Shown here one piece after another: positions 1 to 10,399 of a stretch of DNA of 15,352 nt. Source of the stretch: Octopus sinensis (taxonomy: Eukaryota); the NCBI RefSeq assembly GCF_006345805.1, contig NW_021825533.1:1-15352 (forward strand), read 5' to 3'. A program made the position numbers and the translations under genes. The number at the start of each line of letters is the position of its first letter. The stretch's first letter is position 1. The notes below the pieces were generated by a model. That model saw only the letters and a program-made list of their open reading frames with translations, was not told the DNA's origin and did no database searches.

Positions 1-68
1 TCTTTACTCTACCTGGTATTTGAGTACTCTTTTTTCAACCTTGTTTCGCATTTATGTGTTTACTCCGG

Positions 69-90
69 TATATATATATATATATATATA
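69..90. repeat. (TA)n microsatellite
   Basis: Pure TA run. Confidence 0.95.
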
Positions 91-164
91 CCTTCATGTA
101 CATAAGAGTTTACGTTTAAAGTGGTTTCACTAACGTAAGTCTATGGCAAAGATTTATCGGATAC

Positions 165-285
165 TCTCTTTCTCTGTCTCTCTCTTTCTCTCTTTGTTTT
201 TCTCTCTAATTCTTCTAATTACACGCACACGTAAACACACACACACACACACACACATTACCTATATATATATATACACATATAA
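165..285. repeat. Compound CT-rich / (CA)n / (TA)n microsatellite
   Basis: tctctttctctgtctctctc..., (CA)n at about 234-256, (TA)n at about 263-275. Confidence 0.9.
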
Positions 286-502
286 ACAGAGATCTAACGA
301 CATGCAAGTTTTTCATGGATGCAGCGAAGGATGTACGGACGTATGGATGTCTCTACGCATCACATCCGCACAATATGTAACACTGTTTCACGTCTATGTA
401 CATAATACAACAATACTGCTTTGTCAGACCACTGTACTAACATTACACTTGGTAATACTGCACTACTACACCTCCATACTACTACTTCATAGTATACCAT
501 AA

Positions 503-539
503 ACACACACACACACACACACGCACGCACACGTACACA
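503..539. repeat. (CA)n microsatellite
   Basis: acacacac... with CG interruptions. Confidence 0.9.
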
Positions 540-665
540 TGTACAGATGTACGTACAGACACTCGAGCTTCGTGTTACAGCGCTCTATAGAAACGCGCGT
601 TTCTAAGTGGTCGGACTTAGTTGAACCTGCTAGAAATAGCAGCTAAAGTTTCCATTTATTCGTAT

Positions 666-1079
666 AGGCGCAGGAGTGTCTGTGTGGTAAGTAGCTTGCT
701 ATCCAACCACATGGTTCCGCGTTCAAATGTCTTGTGAGGGGATTTGGTAGACGAAAACTGAAAGAAGCCTGTAATATATATGTATATATATATTATATAT
801 ATATATAGATATATATATATATAGATATATATATGTATGTATGTGTGTGTATGTATTTGTGTGTTTGTGGTTTGTCTCCTAGCATTGCTTGACAACCGAT
901 GCTGGTGTGTTTACGGTCCCAGTCACTTAGCGGTTCGGCATAAGAGACGGATAATAGAATAAGTACTGGGCTTACCAAAGAATAAGTCTGGGGTCGATTT
1001 GCTCGACTAAAGGCGGTGCTCCAGCATGGCCGCAGTCAAATGACTGAAACAAATAAAAGAGTAAAAGAGTAAAAGAGTA
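666..1079 (+). mobile_element. SINE family A copy with an internal deletion of about 60 bp
   Basis: Head AGGCGCAGGAGTGTCTGTGTGGTAAG (A-box-like) and GTTCAA (B-box-like), internal TA/TG microsatellite, tail of TAAAAGAG x3. Colinear with the reverse complement of 1414-1817 except for a missing block at about 726. Confidence 0.9.
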
Positions 1080-1246
1080 CTATGTTAAATTATGCCGATA
1101 TCCGGATCACATGTACGTATACTGTTGTTCAGAATACTTTATATTCGAGTTGTACGTAAAGGAATTTCGATGGAATGGCTACGACTGGAACGAAAATAGA
1201 TCTGCTGAATGAAGACCGACACCGGTCTGAAGAATTCTAAGGGATT

Positions 1247-1407
1247 GTTCGGTAAGAAGCTTGTTTCCCGATCACATGGTTCTGGGCTCAAACCCTCTGC
1301 TTCCCACTTTTGGCGAGTGTCTTCTACTACATAGCTTCGGGCTGACCAAAGCGTCGTAACTGGATTTCCGTAGATGGAAACCGAAAGAAGCTCGTCGCAT
1401 ATATATA
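1247..1407 (+). mobile_element. SINE family A, diverged 5' half
   Basis: ggtaagaagcttgtttcccgatcacatggttctggg...gtgtcttctactac...gaaagaagctcgtcgcatatata matches the head of the other A copies; it ends in the internal TA tract. Confidence 0.8.
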
Positions 1408-1413
1408 CTCTCT

Positions 1414-1816
1414 CTCTTTTTACTCTTTTACTTGTTTCAGTCATTTGACTGCGGCCATGCTGTAGCACCGCCTTTAATCGAGCAACTCGACCCCGGGACT
1501 TATTCTTTTGTAAGCCCAGTACTTATTCTATCGGTCTCGTTTGCCGAACCGCTAAGTGACGGGGACATAAACACACCAGCATCGGTTGTCAAGCAATACC
1601 AGGAGACAAACACAGACACACAAACACACACACGCAGATATATATACATATATACGACGGGCTTCTTTCAGTTTCCGTCTACCAAATCCACTCACAAGGC
1701 TTTGGTCGGCCCGAGGCTATAGTAGAAGACACTTGCCCAAGGTGCCACGCAGTGGGACTGAACCCGGAAACCATGTGGTTGGGAAGCAAGCTTCTTACCA
1801 CCAGCCACTCTGCGCC

Positions 1817-1817
<1 letters not shown>
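1414..1817 (-). mobile_element. SINE family A, full-length and well-preserved copy
   Basis: Minus strand reads AGGCGCAGAGTGGCTGGTGGTAAG...GGTTCAGTCCC (Pol III A/B-box-like), body, internal TA/TG tract, then GACTGAAACAAGTAAAAGAGTAAAAAGAG tail. Confidence 0.92.
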
Positions 1818-1848
<31 letters not shown>

Positions 1849-1905
1849 ATATATATATATATATATATATATTATACGTATGTATAAATATATGTATATT
1901 TATAG

Positions 1906-1938
<33 letters not shown>

Positions 1939-1973
1939 CATATAGACTACATAAATATTATGTATATATATAC

Positions 1974-2050
<77 letters not shown>

Positions 2051-2057
2051 ATACACA
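1818..2057. repeat. Long imperfect (TA)n microsatellite
   Basis: About 240 bp of nearly pure TA with scattered interruptions. Confidence 0.95.
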
Positions 2058-2243
2058 TGAGTTGTGTCCAGTGTAGGTTTGTTCTGCAAATACCTGTCAT
2101 ACCTATGTCACAAATATACGTATGTATGTCAACCGGTCATTATTCCGGAGGTAATAATGTGTGTTACAGAAGAGTTACAGAAGCATCGATGACAATTCGA
2201 AACCAACATGACTTGGAAGAGGATGATAAAGCTAAGTCTGCGT

Positions 2244-2757
2244 GAGTGGTCCCTCGTCCGGCGTGGAGAACATTGAAGAAAAGCCGTCGATGACCTATGC
2301 TTTCTGAGGAACGAAAAGCTTAACGAAATGCTATGAACTGTCCTTAAAAAAAGACAGTTACGATTTCAATATAGTCTTAGTTTATAAAATCATGGAAAGG
2401 TCATGGGGAGAACGTTTTCGATTAGAGACCTGCTCCATATGGACTTGCCCAAGGATTAAAGTACAGCAAAGCAGAGATGGTCACCGCTGGATTGCATAGG
2501 AGGGAGTGACCCTAAAGCCAGTGTGGAGAACAGTGAAGGAATATCGCCGATGACCTATGCTTCATGAGTGAAGGGATTAAAAGAAATACTGTGACCTTCC
2601 CTAAAAAAGAGGATCACGTTTTGAATATGATCCTAATATATAAGGTCATGGAATGGTCAGGGTTGGAAGGATCTTGATCAGAGATCTGGTCGATATGATT
2701 TTGACCGAGGATACAGCTACAACAGAACAGAAATGGTCACCGCTGGAACGCGAACGG
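2244..2757 (+). repeat. Diverged tandem duplication with a unit of about 260 bp, possibly containing an RTE-like LINE 3' end
   Basis: GTGGAGAACA at 2263 and 2523; CGATGACCTATGCTT twice; CATGGAA-GGTCA twice; ATGGTCACCGCTGGA at 2477 and 2733. Confidence 0.8.
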
Positions 2758-2980
2758 TTGTATGAATGATGAAGTTGAATATTTTAAGATCTCCTCGTGG
2801 TCAACGACATTAAAAGCGGCATGGTCACGGATGACATATCTTTCATCACAAGTCGCTTCGCTGTCACCAAACTGGATCAATGCAACAATAACAACAACAA
2901 CAACAATGGCAACATCGACAACATCAGGTTCAAAGGGCGGCACATGTCTAACAGTGATAGGTGGCTGGTTAGAAATGCAA

Positions 2981-3138
2981 AGGTCCCCTTCGGTCATAAA
3001 TGACCATGGGATTGCACCTAGAAAGCAACCCTCCGAGGCACAAATCTGGGGAAAGTTGTTTGGAGAAGACCAGCGGTCGACCATGCCTACCATCCTCTGC
3101 TTTCCACATCACCCAAGAGAAAGTCAGAAGCCGATACA
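2981..3138 (-). mobile_element. SINE family B, extra 3' segment duplicating 3152-3306
   Basis: ttcggtcataaatgaccatgggattgcacctagaaag...gaagaccagcggtcgaccatgc...gccgataca aligns with ttcagtcatgaatgaccacggaaatgcacccagacag...gaagaccaacagtcgcccatgc...gccgataca. Confidence 0.75.
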
Positions 3139-3151
3139 TAAAAGGATAAGA

Positions 3152-3467
3152 AGACTCTTTTCAGTCATGAATGACCACGGAAATGCACCCAGACAGTTCC
3201 CCTTCGTGGCACAAGTCAGGGCAAGGCTGTTTACAGAAGACCAACAGTCGCCCATGCACACCACACCACTGATGTTATCCAAGGGAAAGGCAAAGGGGCC
3301 GATACAACTTGGCTCCAGTGATGCTGCAACCCAGTTCTACACTTGAGTGAACTGGAGGAACGTGAAATAAAGTGTCTTGCTCAAGAACACAACACAGCCC
3401 GGTCCTAGAATCGAACTCATTACCTCATGATTGTGAGCTCGATGCTCTAACCACTGAGCAATGCGCC
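3152..3467 (-). mobile_element. SINE family B, tRNA-derived, full-length
   Basis: Minus strand starts GGCGCATTGCTCAGTGGTTAGAGC...GAGTTCGATTC (tRNA-like A and B boxes), followed by TTGAGCAAGACACTTTATTTCACG and a distinct 3' tail. Confidence 0.85.
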
Positions 3468-3474
3468 ATCACTA

Positions 3475-3664
3475 GGTGGAGTAATTCAGTTATATCGACC
3501 CCTGCCTCTCCCGGGCTCCACTGGTACAATTTTTATCGACTCCCGAAAGAGTGAAAAACTAAGTCAATCTCGGAAGGGATTGAACTGAGAAAGTAAAAAC
3601 GAGGAAGAAAAATAAATGACGTTAAACATTTATCTGATGAACCAGGGATTCTCCCAGCTGCCTT
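3475..3664 (-). mobile_element. SINE family C, degraded copy
   Basis: atcgacccc...ctggtac...ttatcgactcccgaaagagtgaaa...aagtcaatctcgg...tgaactgaga...gattctcccagct is colinear with the 5793-5990 copy. Confidence 0.65.
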
Positions 3665-3684
3665 AAACAGTACAAAATTCTTCC

Positions 3685-3888
3685 TGATTTTGACACCAGG
3701 TCAGCATTTTCAGGGGAGAGGAAAATGGATTACATTACCTCAGTGCTCAATTTCTACTTATTTTATCTCACCCCGAAATGATGAAAGGCAACTTCGACCA
3801 CGTCGGAATTTAAATTCAGGATGTAAAACCTATGAATCAGCGCTAAACATTTCTGTCGACGTTCTAATGATTCTGCCATCCCACCGTC
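3685..3888 (-). mobile_element. SINE family C, degraded copy
   Basis: accccgaaatgatgaaaggcaacttcgaccacgtcggaatttaaattcag...ctaatgattctgccatcccaccg. Confidence 0.7.
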
Positions 3889-4080
3889 ATAAATGGAACA
3901 CAACAATAACAGCAACAACATATATGAATAGTAATGATGTTTAATTCCAAATTATAAGATTTGGGGTTCACTCCCACAGCAAGGTTAGCACCGTGGGCAG
4001 GTATATGGACAAACATATTTTTACAAGAATTTCTATATGGAAATTCGTTGGAAGAACACCGCTATTGTTCTGTGACATAT

Positions 4081-4557
4081 TTTATCATTTAGTAGTTTCA
4101 GTCATCAGATTGTTGCCATGCTGGGGCACCGGTTTTAAAAATTCTTAGACGAATGAATCGACGCCGACACTTTTCTTTCTTGAGCCAGGTACTTACTCCC
4201 TCGGTCTTTTTTGCCGAACCGCTAGGTTACGGGGACATAACACACAAACCGATCAACGGTTTTAAAGTGATTGTGGGGGACGAACATAGACACAAATGCA
4301 CACTCACAAACATACACACACATACATATACACGCACACACACACACGTGCACAAGCAAGTTTATACATACAATTTCTACATATGTATATATATGACGGG
4401 TTTCTTTCAGTTTCCGTCTGCCAAATAAAGCTCACAAGGTTTTGGTCAGCCCGTGGCTATAGTAGAAGACACTTGTCGAAGGTGTCACGCAGTGGGATTG
4501 AACGCGGGTCCTTATAGTTAGAAACGAACTACTTACCACACAGCCACCCCTGCACCT
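4081..4557 (-). mobile_element. SINE family A, diverged full-length copy
   Basis: gtttcagtcat...gccatgctg...ttgccgaaccgcta...gacgggtttctttcagtttccgtct...ctatagtagaagacacttg...cttaccacacagccacccctgcacct. Confidence 0.88.
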
Positions 4558-4696
4558 ATACAGACTACACGAAGGCCGAGGCCACTAATACCTGGTCAAT
4601 GTGTGACATGTCTCAAGAATCGAATCTTTTGTGCAAGAGTTCATACCAGGTCGGCATCCTGAATGGACTTTCTACACTTCCTTTCACGTCCCATAA

Positions 4697-5095
4697 CTTC
4701 CCAATCACATGGACCTGGGTTCAGCTCCACTACGTGGCAACTTGGGTAAGTGTCTTCTACTATACTCTCGGTCCAACCAAGGCCGTGTGAGTGGATTTGA
4801 TTGACGGAAACTGAAATAAGCCTGTTGTATATATATATATATATATTATATATATGTGTGTGTGTATTTGTCTGTTTGTCACCTCCTCCCACTCAGCACT
4901 GCTTGACAACTGCTGCTGGTGTGTTTATGCCCCTGTAACTTAGCGGTCCTGTAAAAAAAAAAAAGCCCGATTGAATATGTACCCGGCTTTCAAAAAAAAA
5001 TGCGCGAATGTCAATTCATTCTACGAAAATGATTCTTTAAATGTGGTGCGGCTGCATGGCTGCAGTCTAATGACTGAAACAAGTAAACGATAATA
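4697..5095 (+). mobile_element. SINE family A, diverged copy lacking the extreme 5' end
   Basis: cttcccaatcacatggacctgggttcag...gtgtcttctactata...gacggaaactgaaa, TA/TG tract, gcttgacaac...acttagcgg...aatgactgaaacaagtaaa. Confidence 0.88.
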
Positions 5096-5104
5096 GGTGA
5101 AAGA

Positions 5105-5230
5105 CAACTACAAAGATAAAACACGGTGGTGTGATGAACAATAACAACAACAACGACATCAAGAACAGCAACGTTGAGTATGAACAGCAATAACCCAAAA
5201 GAACAGCGTCAGCAACAGAGTAACAAGGAC
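5105..5230. repeat. Degenerate (CAA)/(CAG)-rich low-complexity tract
   Basis: aacaataacaacaacaacgacatcaagaacagcaac... Confidence 0.6.
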
Positions 5231-5383
5231 AGCGACATTACATTTCAGCGGCAACCCGACGTGTTGTCTTTGTATTGCGGTAATGTTCCATCAGTGAGGT
5301 GTAAATGTCAGCGTGTTTGTGTTGATGTTGTTTCGTAGTTGTGACAAGTACGTATTAGTAGAATTTCTTATTTCTTATTCAAA

Positions 5384-5570
5384 TTCTTGTCCAAGTTATT
5401 TACTAATGATTTGTCAATGGTATATTTGTGCTGCATTGATTGTGTATCAGTTTGGTGCCTGTTGTGAGCTAGCGGTGTGTGATTGGTGTTGTTATTCTTA
5501 TCCAAGTGATTTCCTAGTGTGTTGTCAATGATATAACTGTGATTTATTGATTGTGTGTCGCTGGTGTGGT
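5384..5570. repeat. Diverged tandem duplication with a 111-bp period
   Basis: ttcttgtccaagttatttactaatgatttgtcaatggtata at 5384 versus ttcttatccaagtgatttcctagtgtgttgtcaatgatata at 5495; both are followed by attgattgtgt. Confidence 0.75.
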
Positions 5571-5596
5571 AGTTGTGCTCCAGTGCTGTATTATTG

Positions 5597-5990
5597 TTTT
5601 CTACTCCAGGCACAAGGCTCGAAATTTTGGAGAAAGGGGCCAGTCGATTAGATTGACCCTAGTACGCAACTAATACTTAATATATCGACCCCGAAAGGAT
5701 GGATGGCAAAGTCGACCTCGGCGGAATTGGAACTCAGAACATACAGACAGACGAAATACTACTAAACACTTCGCCCGACGGGCCAACGTTCCTTTTCTAT
5801 TCTAGGTACAAGGCCTGAAATTATTGGGGAGGGACCCTGTCTCCAATACGCAACTGGTACTTAATTCATCGACCCCGAAAGGATGAAAGGCAAAGTCGAC
5901 CTCGGCGGAATTTGAACTCAGAATCTAAAGATAGGCGAAATGTCGCTTAGCATTTTGCCCAGCATCTTAACGGTTCTGCCAGCTCGCCGC
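5597..5990 (-). mobile_element. SINE family C head-to-tail dimer (5793-5990 complete; 5597-5791 lacks about the first 16 nt), short-tail variant
   Basis: Two near-identical atcgaccccgaaaggatg...aaagtcgacctcggcggaatt cores; head ttctgccagctcgccgc ends at 5990. Confidence 0.9.
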
Positions 5991-6186
5991 ACATAGCGGT
6001 ATATTTATACCGAGTTAAAACGTGTCAGCAAGGGGTCGATGTCTTTCTGCTGTGGGCAGAGTTGGTGTTCAGGTATGCATCTGGTCCTTTGGCGGTGTGT
6101 TGGTAGCGGTGAGAATTAATGTGAGTCAGTGGTGTGCCAGTTTTTTTTACGGTTTTTTCGGCAATGTGTTGGTGCTATGTTAGCTC

Positions 6187-6226
6187 TGTCTGTGTGTGTG
6201 TGTGTGTGTGTGGTGTGTGTGTGTGC
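6187..6226. repeat. (TG)n microsatellite
   Basis: tgtgtgtg run. Confidence 0.9.
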
Positions 6227-6554
6227 GTGCGGTGTGTCAGTGTAGTCGTTGTTATTTCTTCGGTACAGCACCGTATTTACGATGTGTCATTGATCTGTAA
6301 TTTGTGCGTCAGTGTTCTGTTGGTTGTACCTTAGATGTATAACAGTGGCATACATACCAGAAGTGTGTCCGTGATGTTAGAGATATCTGTCAGCGCTGAG
6401 TTACTTCGCGTGTCAATGGTGTACATGTGTTGTGTACATGGTATGGCGTTGGAATATCATTAGCGTATTGTGTTACTGACTTGTCATTGTGCATCTGTAC
6501 TCTGTTGGTTGTGTAACAGTGCTGTCTATCAGAAGTATGTCAGAAATGTTAAAA

Positions 6555-6784
6555 GCGGCGAGCTGGAAGAAACGTAAGAGCGCCGGGCGAAATGCTTACC
6601 GGTATTTCGCCTGCCGTTACGTTCTGAGTTCAAATTCAGCCGAGGTCGACTTTGCCTTTCATCCTTTCGCGGTCGATTAAATAAGTACCAGTTACGCACT
6701 GGTGTCGATGTAATCGACTTAATCCGTTTGTCTGTCCTTGTTTGTCCCCTCTATGTTTAGCCCCCTGTGGGCAATAAAGAAATA
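6555..6784 (+). mobile_element. SINE family C, full-length long-tail variant with a candidate 10-bp TSD
   Basis: GCGGCGAGCTGG head, GAGTTCAAATTC B-box-like motif, GGTCGACTTTGCCTTTCATCCTTTC core, GGGCAATAAAGAAATA tail. Flanked by AGAAATGTTA (6542-6551) and AGAAACGTTA (6785-6794). Confidence 0.92.
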
Positions 6785-6853
6785 AGAAACGTTAGTGGTT
6801 TGTCAGTGCTGAGTTGGTTGGTGTGTCAGTGTTATGCTCGTGTTTTGTATACG

Positions 6854-7265
6854 CAGAGCCGGATTAAGACCAATAGAGGCCCTAAGCACTTAAATTATTT
6901 TGGGGGCTCCATATATATGTAATTCAAAATATAAACACTAATAAATCAAAATAATTTGTTAGTTTTGAAAGTGAAACAAAATAACAGTAAGAGGGAAAAT
7001 AAAGTTTATTTTTGCATACTTCCACTTTATTTATATTTAAAAAGTTTACTCTTATTTTTTTAATTGTAAAGTCTTTGATCAGATACTCAAAATTAATCTT
7101 ACGTAACAATTCTACTTAATTGAGAAGGGTATTCCGAATATTATTTTAAACAAGTTTAAGTGATATCTTTTGTGCTGTGAGCCATTTACCATTTCTATGG
7201 TGACCCTTCCTTACCTTGATGCCCTAAGCACGTGATTATTTTGCTTAATCGTGAATCCAACTCTG
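6854..7265 (-). mobile_element. Non-autonomous hAT-like DNA transposon (deletion derivative or MITE)
   Basis: Imperfect TIRs CAGAGCCGGATT at 6854 and AATCCAACTCTG ending at 7265 (reverse complement CAGAGTTGGATT, 10/12 match). Subterminal direct repeat GCCCTAAGCAC at 6879 and 7221. AT-rich interior. No TSD visible. Confidence 0.75.
7050..7169 (-). pseudogene. Decayed hAT transposase C-terminal (dimerisation domain) remnant
   Basis: One minus frame reads KISLKLV*NNIRNTLLN*VELLRKINFEYLIKDFTIKKIR, resembling the hAT C-terminal pattern SKLKLIKNxLRST...LSIExELLxxxDFxxxIxxFxxKKxR recalled from the family. Confidence 0.6.
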
Positions 7266-7433
7266 ACAGAAATGGTATGTCGTCGGATTATGAGTGGCGT
7301 GTGCAGCTGTTGGTTTGCCGTTGTATGTCTTTGGTGTATTAGTTGTATGTTATTGCCGTCTTAGCGTTGTATTCTTCAAGTGTCAGTGATGTTTTAATAG
7401 CGTATAAGTGGTACTTTACAGATATAGAATAGA

Positions 7434-7566
7434 CCCTTCCTGAGTCCATACAATCTCATAGGGTCGGTTTCCCGGTTTCCGTGGTGCAAATAACCCCCAC
7501 TTGAACGGGACACCGCTCTGTCACAGGATTACTCATTTTTGCTAGCTTAGCGAACAGGAGCAACGT
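7434..7566 (-). mobile_element. SINE family D, 3' half fragment
   Basis: catttttgctagcttagcgaacaggagcaacgt resembles the central segment of families B and E, but is joined to a different tail (catagggtcggtttcccggtttcc...gaacgggacacc). Confidence 0.6.
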
Positions 7567-7720
7567 CCGTCTTTAAGTTCTGAGTTCAAACTCCACCGAC
7601 GCCGACTTTACCATTCAACCTTTCGGAGTCGATATAATGAGTACCTACTGAGTACTGTGGTGGATGCAATCGACTAGCACCCTTCCCCAAAAGTGCAGGT
7701 CTTGTGCCTGTAGTAGAAAT
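7564..7720 (+). mobile_element. SINE family C, 5'-truncated short-tail copy
   Basis: gttctgagttcaaactcc...ctttcggagtcgata...gagtacc...aatcgactagc...cttgtgcctgtagtagaaa. Confidence 0.8.
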
Positions 7721-7769
7721 TTTTATTGTTATTATTACTATTATTATTATTATTATTATTATCATTTTA

Positions 7770-7807
<38 letters not shown>
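7721..7807. repeat. (TTA)n microsatellite directly after the SINE tail
   Basis: ttattattatta run. Confidence 0.95.
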
Positions 7808-8594
7808 GTGTTAGGGTATCAGTCAGTTGCTGTTTGGGGTGTCGCTCAGTTTGCGTGTTGATGACGTGTCGTTTGCTGTTTTGAATGACATGTCTGTCAT
7901 TGTTGTGACCTTGTTTATCTTATGATCTTTGCTTGTAGGTTACTGTTATGCCTGTTACGTGTTCGTTGGCACCTTGATGATGTATTCGTGTTGTGCGTGT
8001 GTATGTGTTTCTCGGTGTTTGTGCGTCTGCCTGTTCGTGTGTCCGTGTGGGTCAGTGTTGTGGGTCAGAGCTGTGTTGCTGTTGTGTTCAGAGAGGCTGA
8101 CCACAGAGTATTTATTATAGGACGGCGTTTCATGGCGTTAATCCTCAGTAAATTACGATATAATTGTGTCACGCGGGTGTCGTCGCTTTTGGCGTTGGTT
8201 TCTCAGTGCTTGTGGTGTTGTAAAGACTTGCGACATCTCTTCTGTTTAACACTGACCCGTATATTGGTATCTGTTTTCGTGAAACAACATAGCAAGTGCA
8301 CTCACACATGAATGAACATACGAACACATATATACGTATATATACTCACACACACACACTCACGCTGACGCTAACACGTCTAATACAGATTCGTTGATAT
8401 TTAGATTATATTTTGGGAGATTTTAGGGCATTTTAATTAAAGCAATCAAATTAGTTAATAACGTCATCGCTAGGTAACATACTGTACTAGAGGTATGAGT
8501 ACAACAAAATGTGTTTTGTTTCGTTCAACTTGCAAGGAAATAAGCAAAGGAAGAATTTCTTTGGTATTATCTAGCTGAGGAATTTTTAACGATT

Positions 8595-9089
<495 letters not shown>

Positions 9090-9370
9090 CGAAAGCTTGA
9101 AGGGAAATAGAGATTGCTGGTGATTATTTCGGCGGTGTTCGTTGTTGTGTTGTGGTGATGACAGCGGTGATGATGATGATGATGGTTGTGGTATCACTGA
9201 TGGAGGTTCGGGATGAGCTATGCATAGGAACACAGTAAGAGGTGTGTTCTGATACAGTTGTCATAGCAATAGGTTTATTTCCCAGCTACTGTATTATGGT
9301 GTAGACAGAAACTGGTTCATATCAGCAAACTAAACGTTGTGAGCGAAAAATCGACAGAGGAAGACGAAAG

Positions 9371-9770
<400 letters not shown>

Positions 9771-9773
9771 GAC

Positions 9774-9796
9774 TCACACATACACATACACACATG

Positions 9797-9885
<89 letters not shown>

Positions 9886-9912
9886 ATATATATATATAGA
9901 CACAAATATACA
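9774..9912. repeat. (CA)n/(TA)n microsatellite
   Basis: Direct reading of the sequence. Confidence 0.93.
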
Positions 9913-9964
9913 CAACCTATAATAACAGTCAATTCTAGTTAACATTTTTTTGCCTTCGATTCCA

Positions 9965-10399
9965 ATAAATTTCCTTCCTGGCTGCCTTTCTTCCTGTCAT
10001 CTACCATCTGTCTATCATTCTTTCTTTCTCTCTTCCTTCATTCTTTCTTTACTTCCTTCCTACCTTTCCTTCGTTCTTTTTTCTTTTCTTCAAAATGTCT
10101 TTCCTTTTCATTTTTCTTTCTCTTTCACACTTCTCACTCCTTATCACAATCTTTCTTCTATCTTGAACTTTTCCTCTTTAACCCTTTCTTCAATCTTTCA
10201 TATTTTCTATCTATCTATCTATTTATCTATCCATCCAACTATCATCCTACTTACCTACCTACCTACCTACCTACCTACCTACCTACATACCTATCTATCT
10301 ATCTATCTATCTATCTACCTACGTACCTACGTACCTACGTACCTACGTACCTACCTATCTATCTATCTTTCTATCTATCTATCTATCTATCCATCTATC
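9965..10399. repeat. Polypyrimidine low-complexity tract followed by (TATC)n, (TACC)n and (ACGTACCT)n repeats
   Basis: CT-rich at 9965-10204; tetranucleotide arrays at 10205-10399; 8-mer ACGTACCT repeated from 10321. Confidence 0.88.

Noticed and set aside
1-68. T-rich segment ending at a TA tract, possibly the end of a repeat element
   Set aside because: It is cut by the window edge and has no second copy in the window.
2762-3346. 194-aa plus-strand ORF
   Set aside because: It runs through a CAA repeat and antisense across two family B SINE segments; its internal repeat is explained by the SINE duplication.
3395-3467. tRNA-like sequence on the minus strand (loop CTCACAA, Val-like CAC)
   Set aside because: Acceptor and anticodon stems pair poorly and it continues into a SINE body, so it is a SINE head rather than a tRNA gene.
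3960-4060. Possible very degraded family A head fragment (ggggttcactcccac...gcaccgtgggcagg)
   Set aside because: The similarity is too short and patchy to assign by eye.
8121-8148. Minus-strand CTGAGGA-N10-GAAAC-GCC-GTC hammerhead-like core
   Set aside because: The core letters are present but neither stem I nor stem II can pair.
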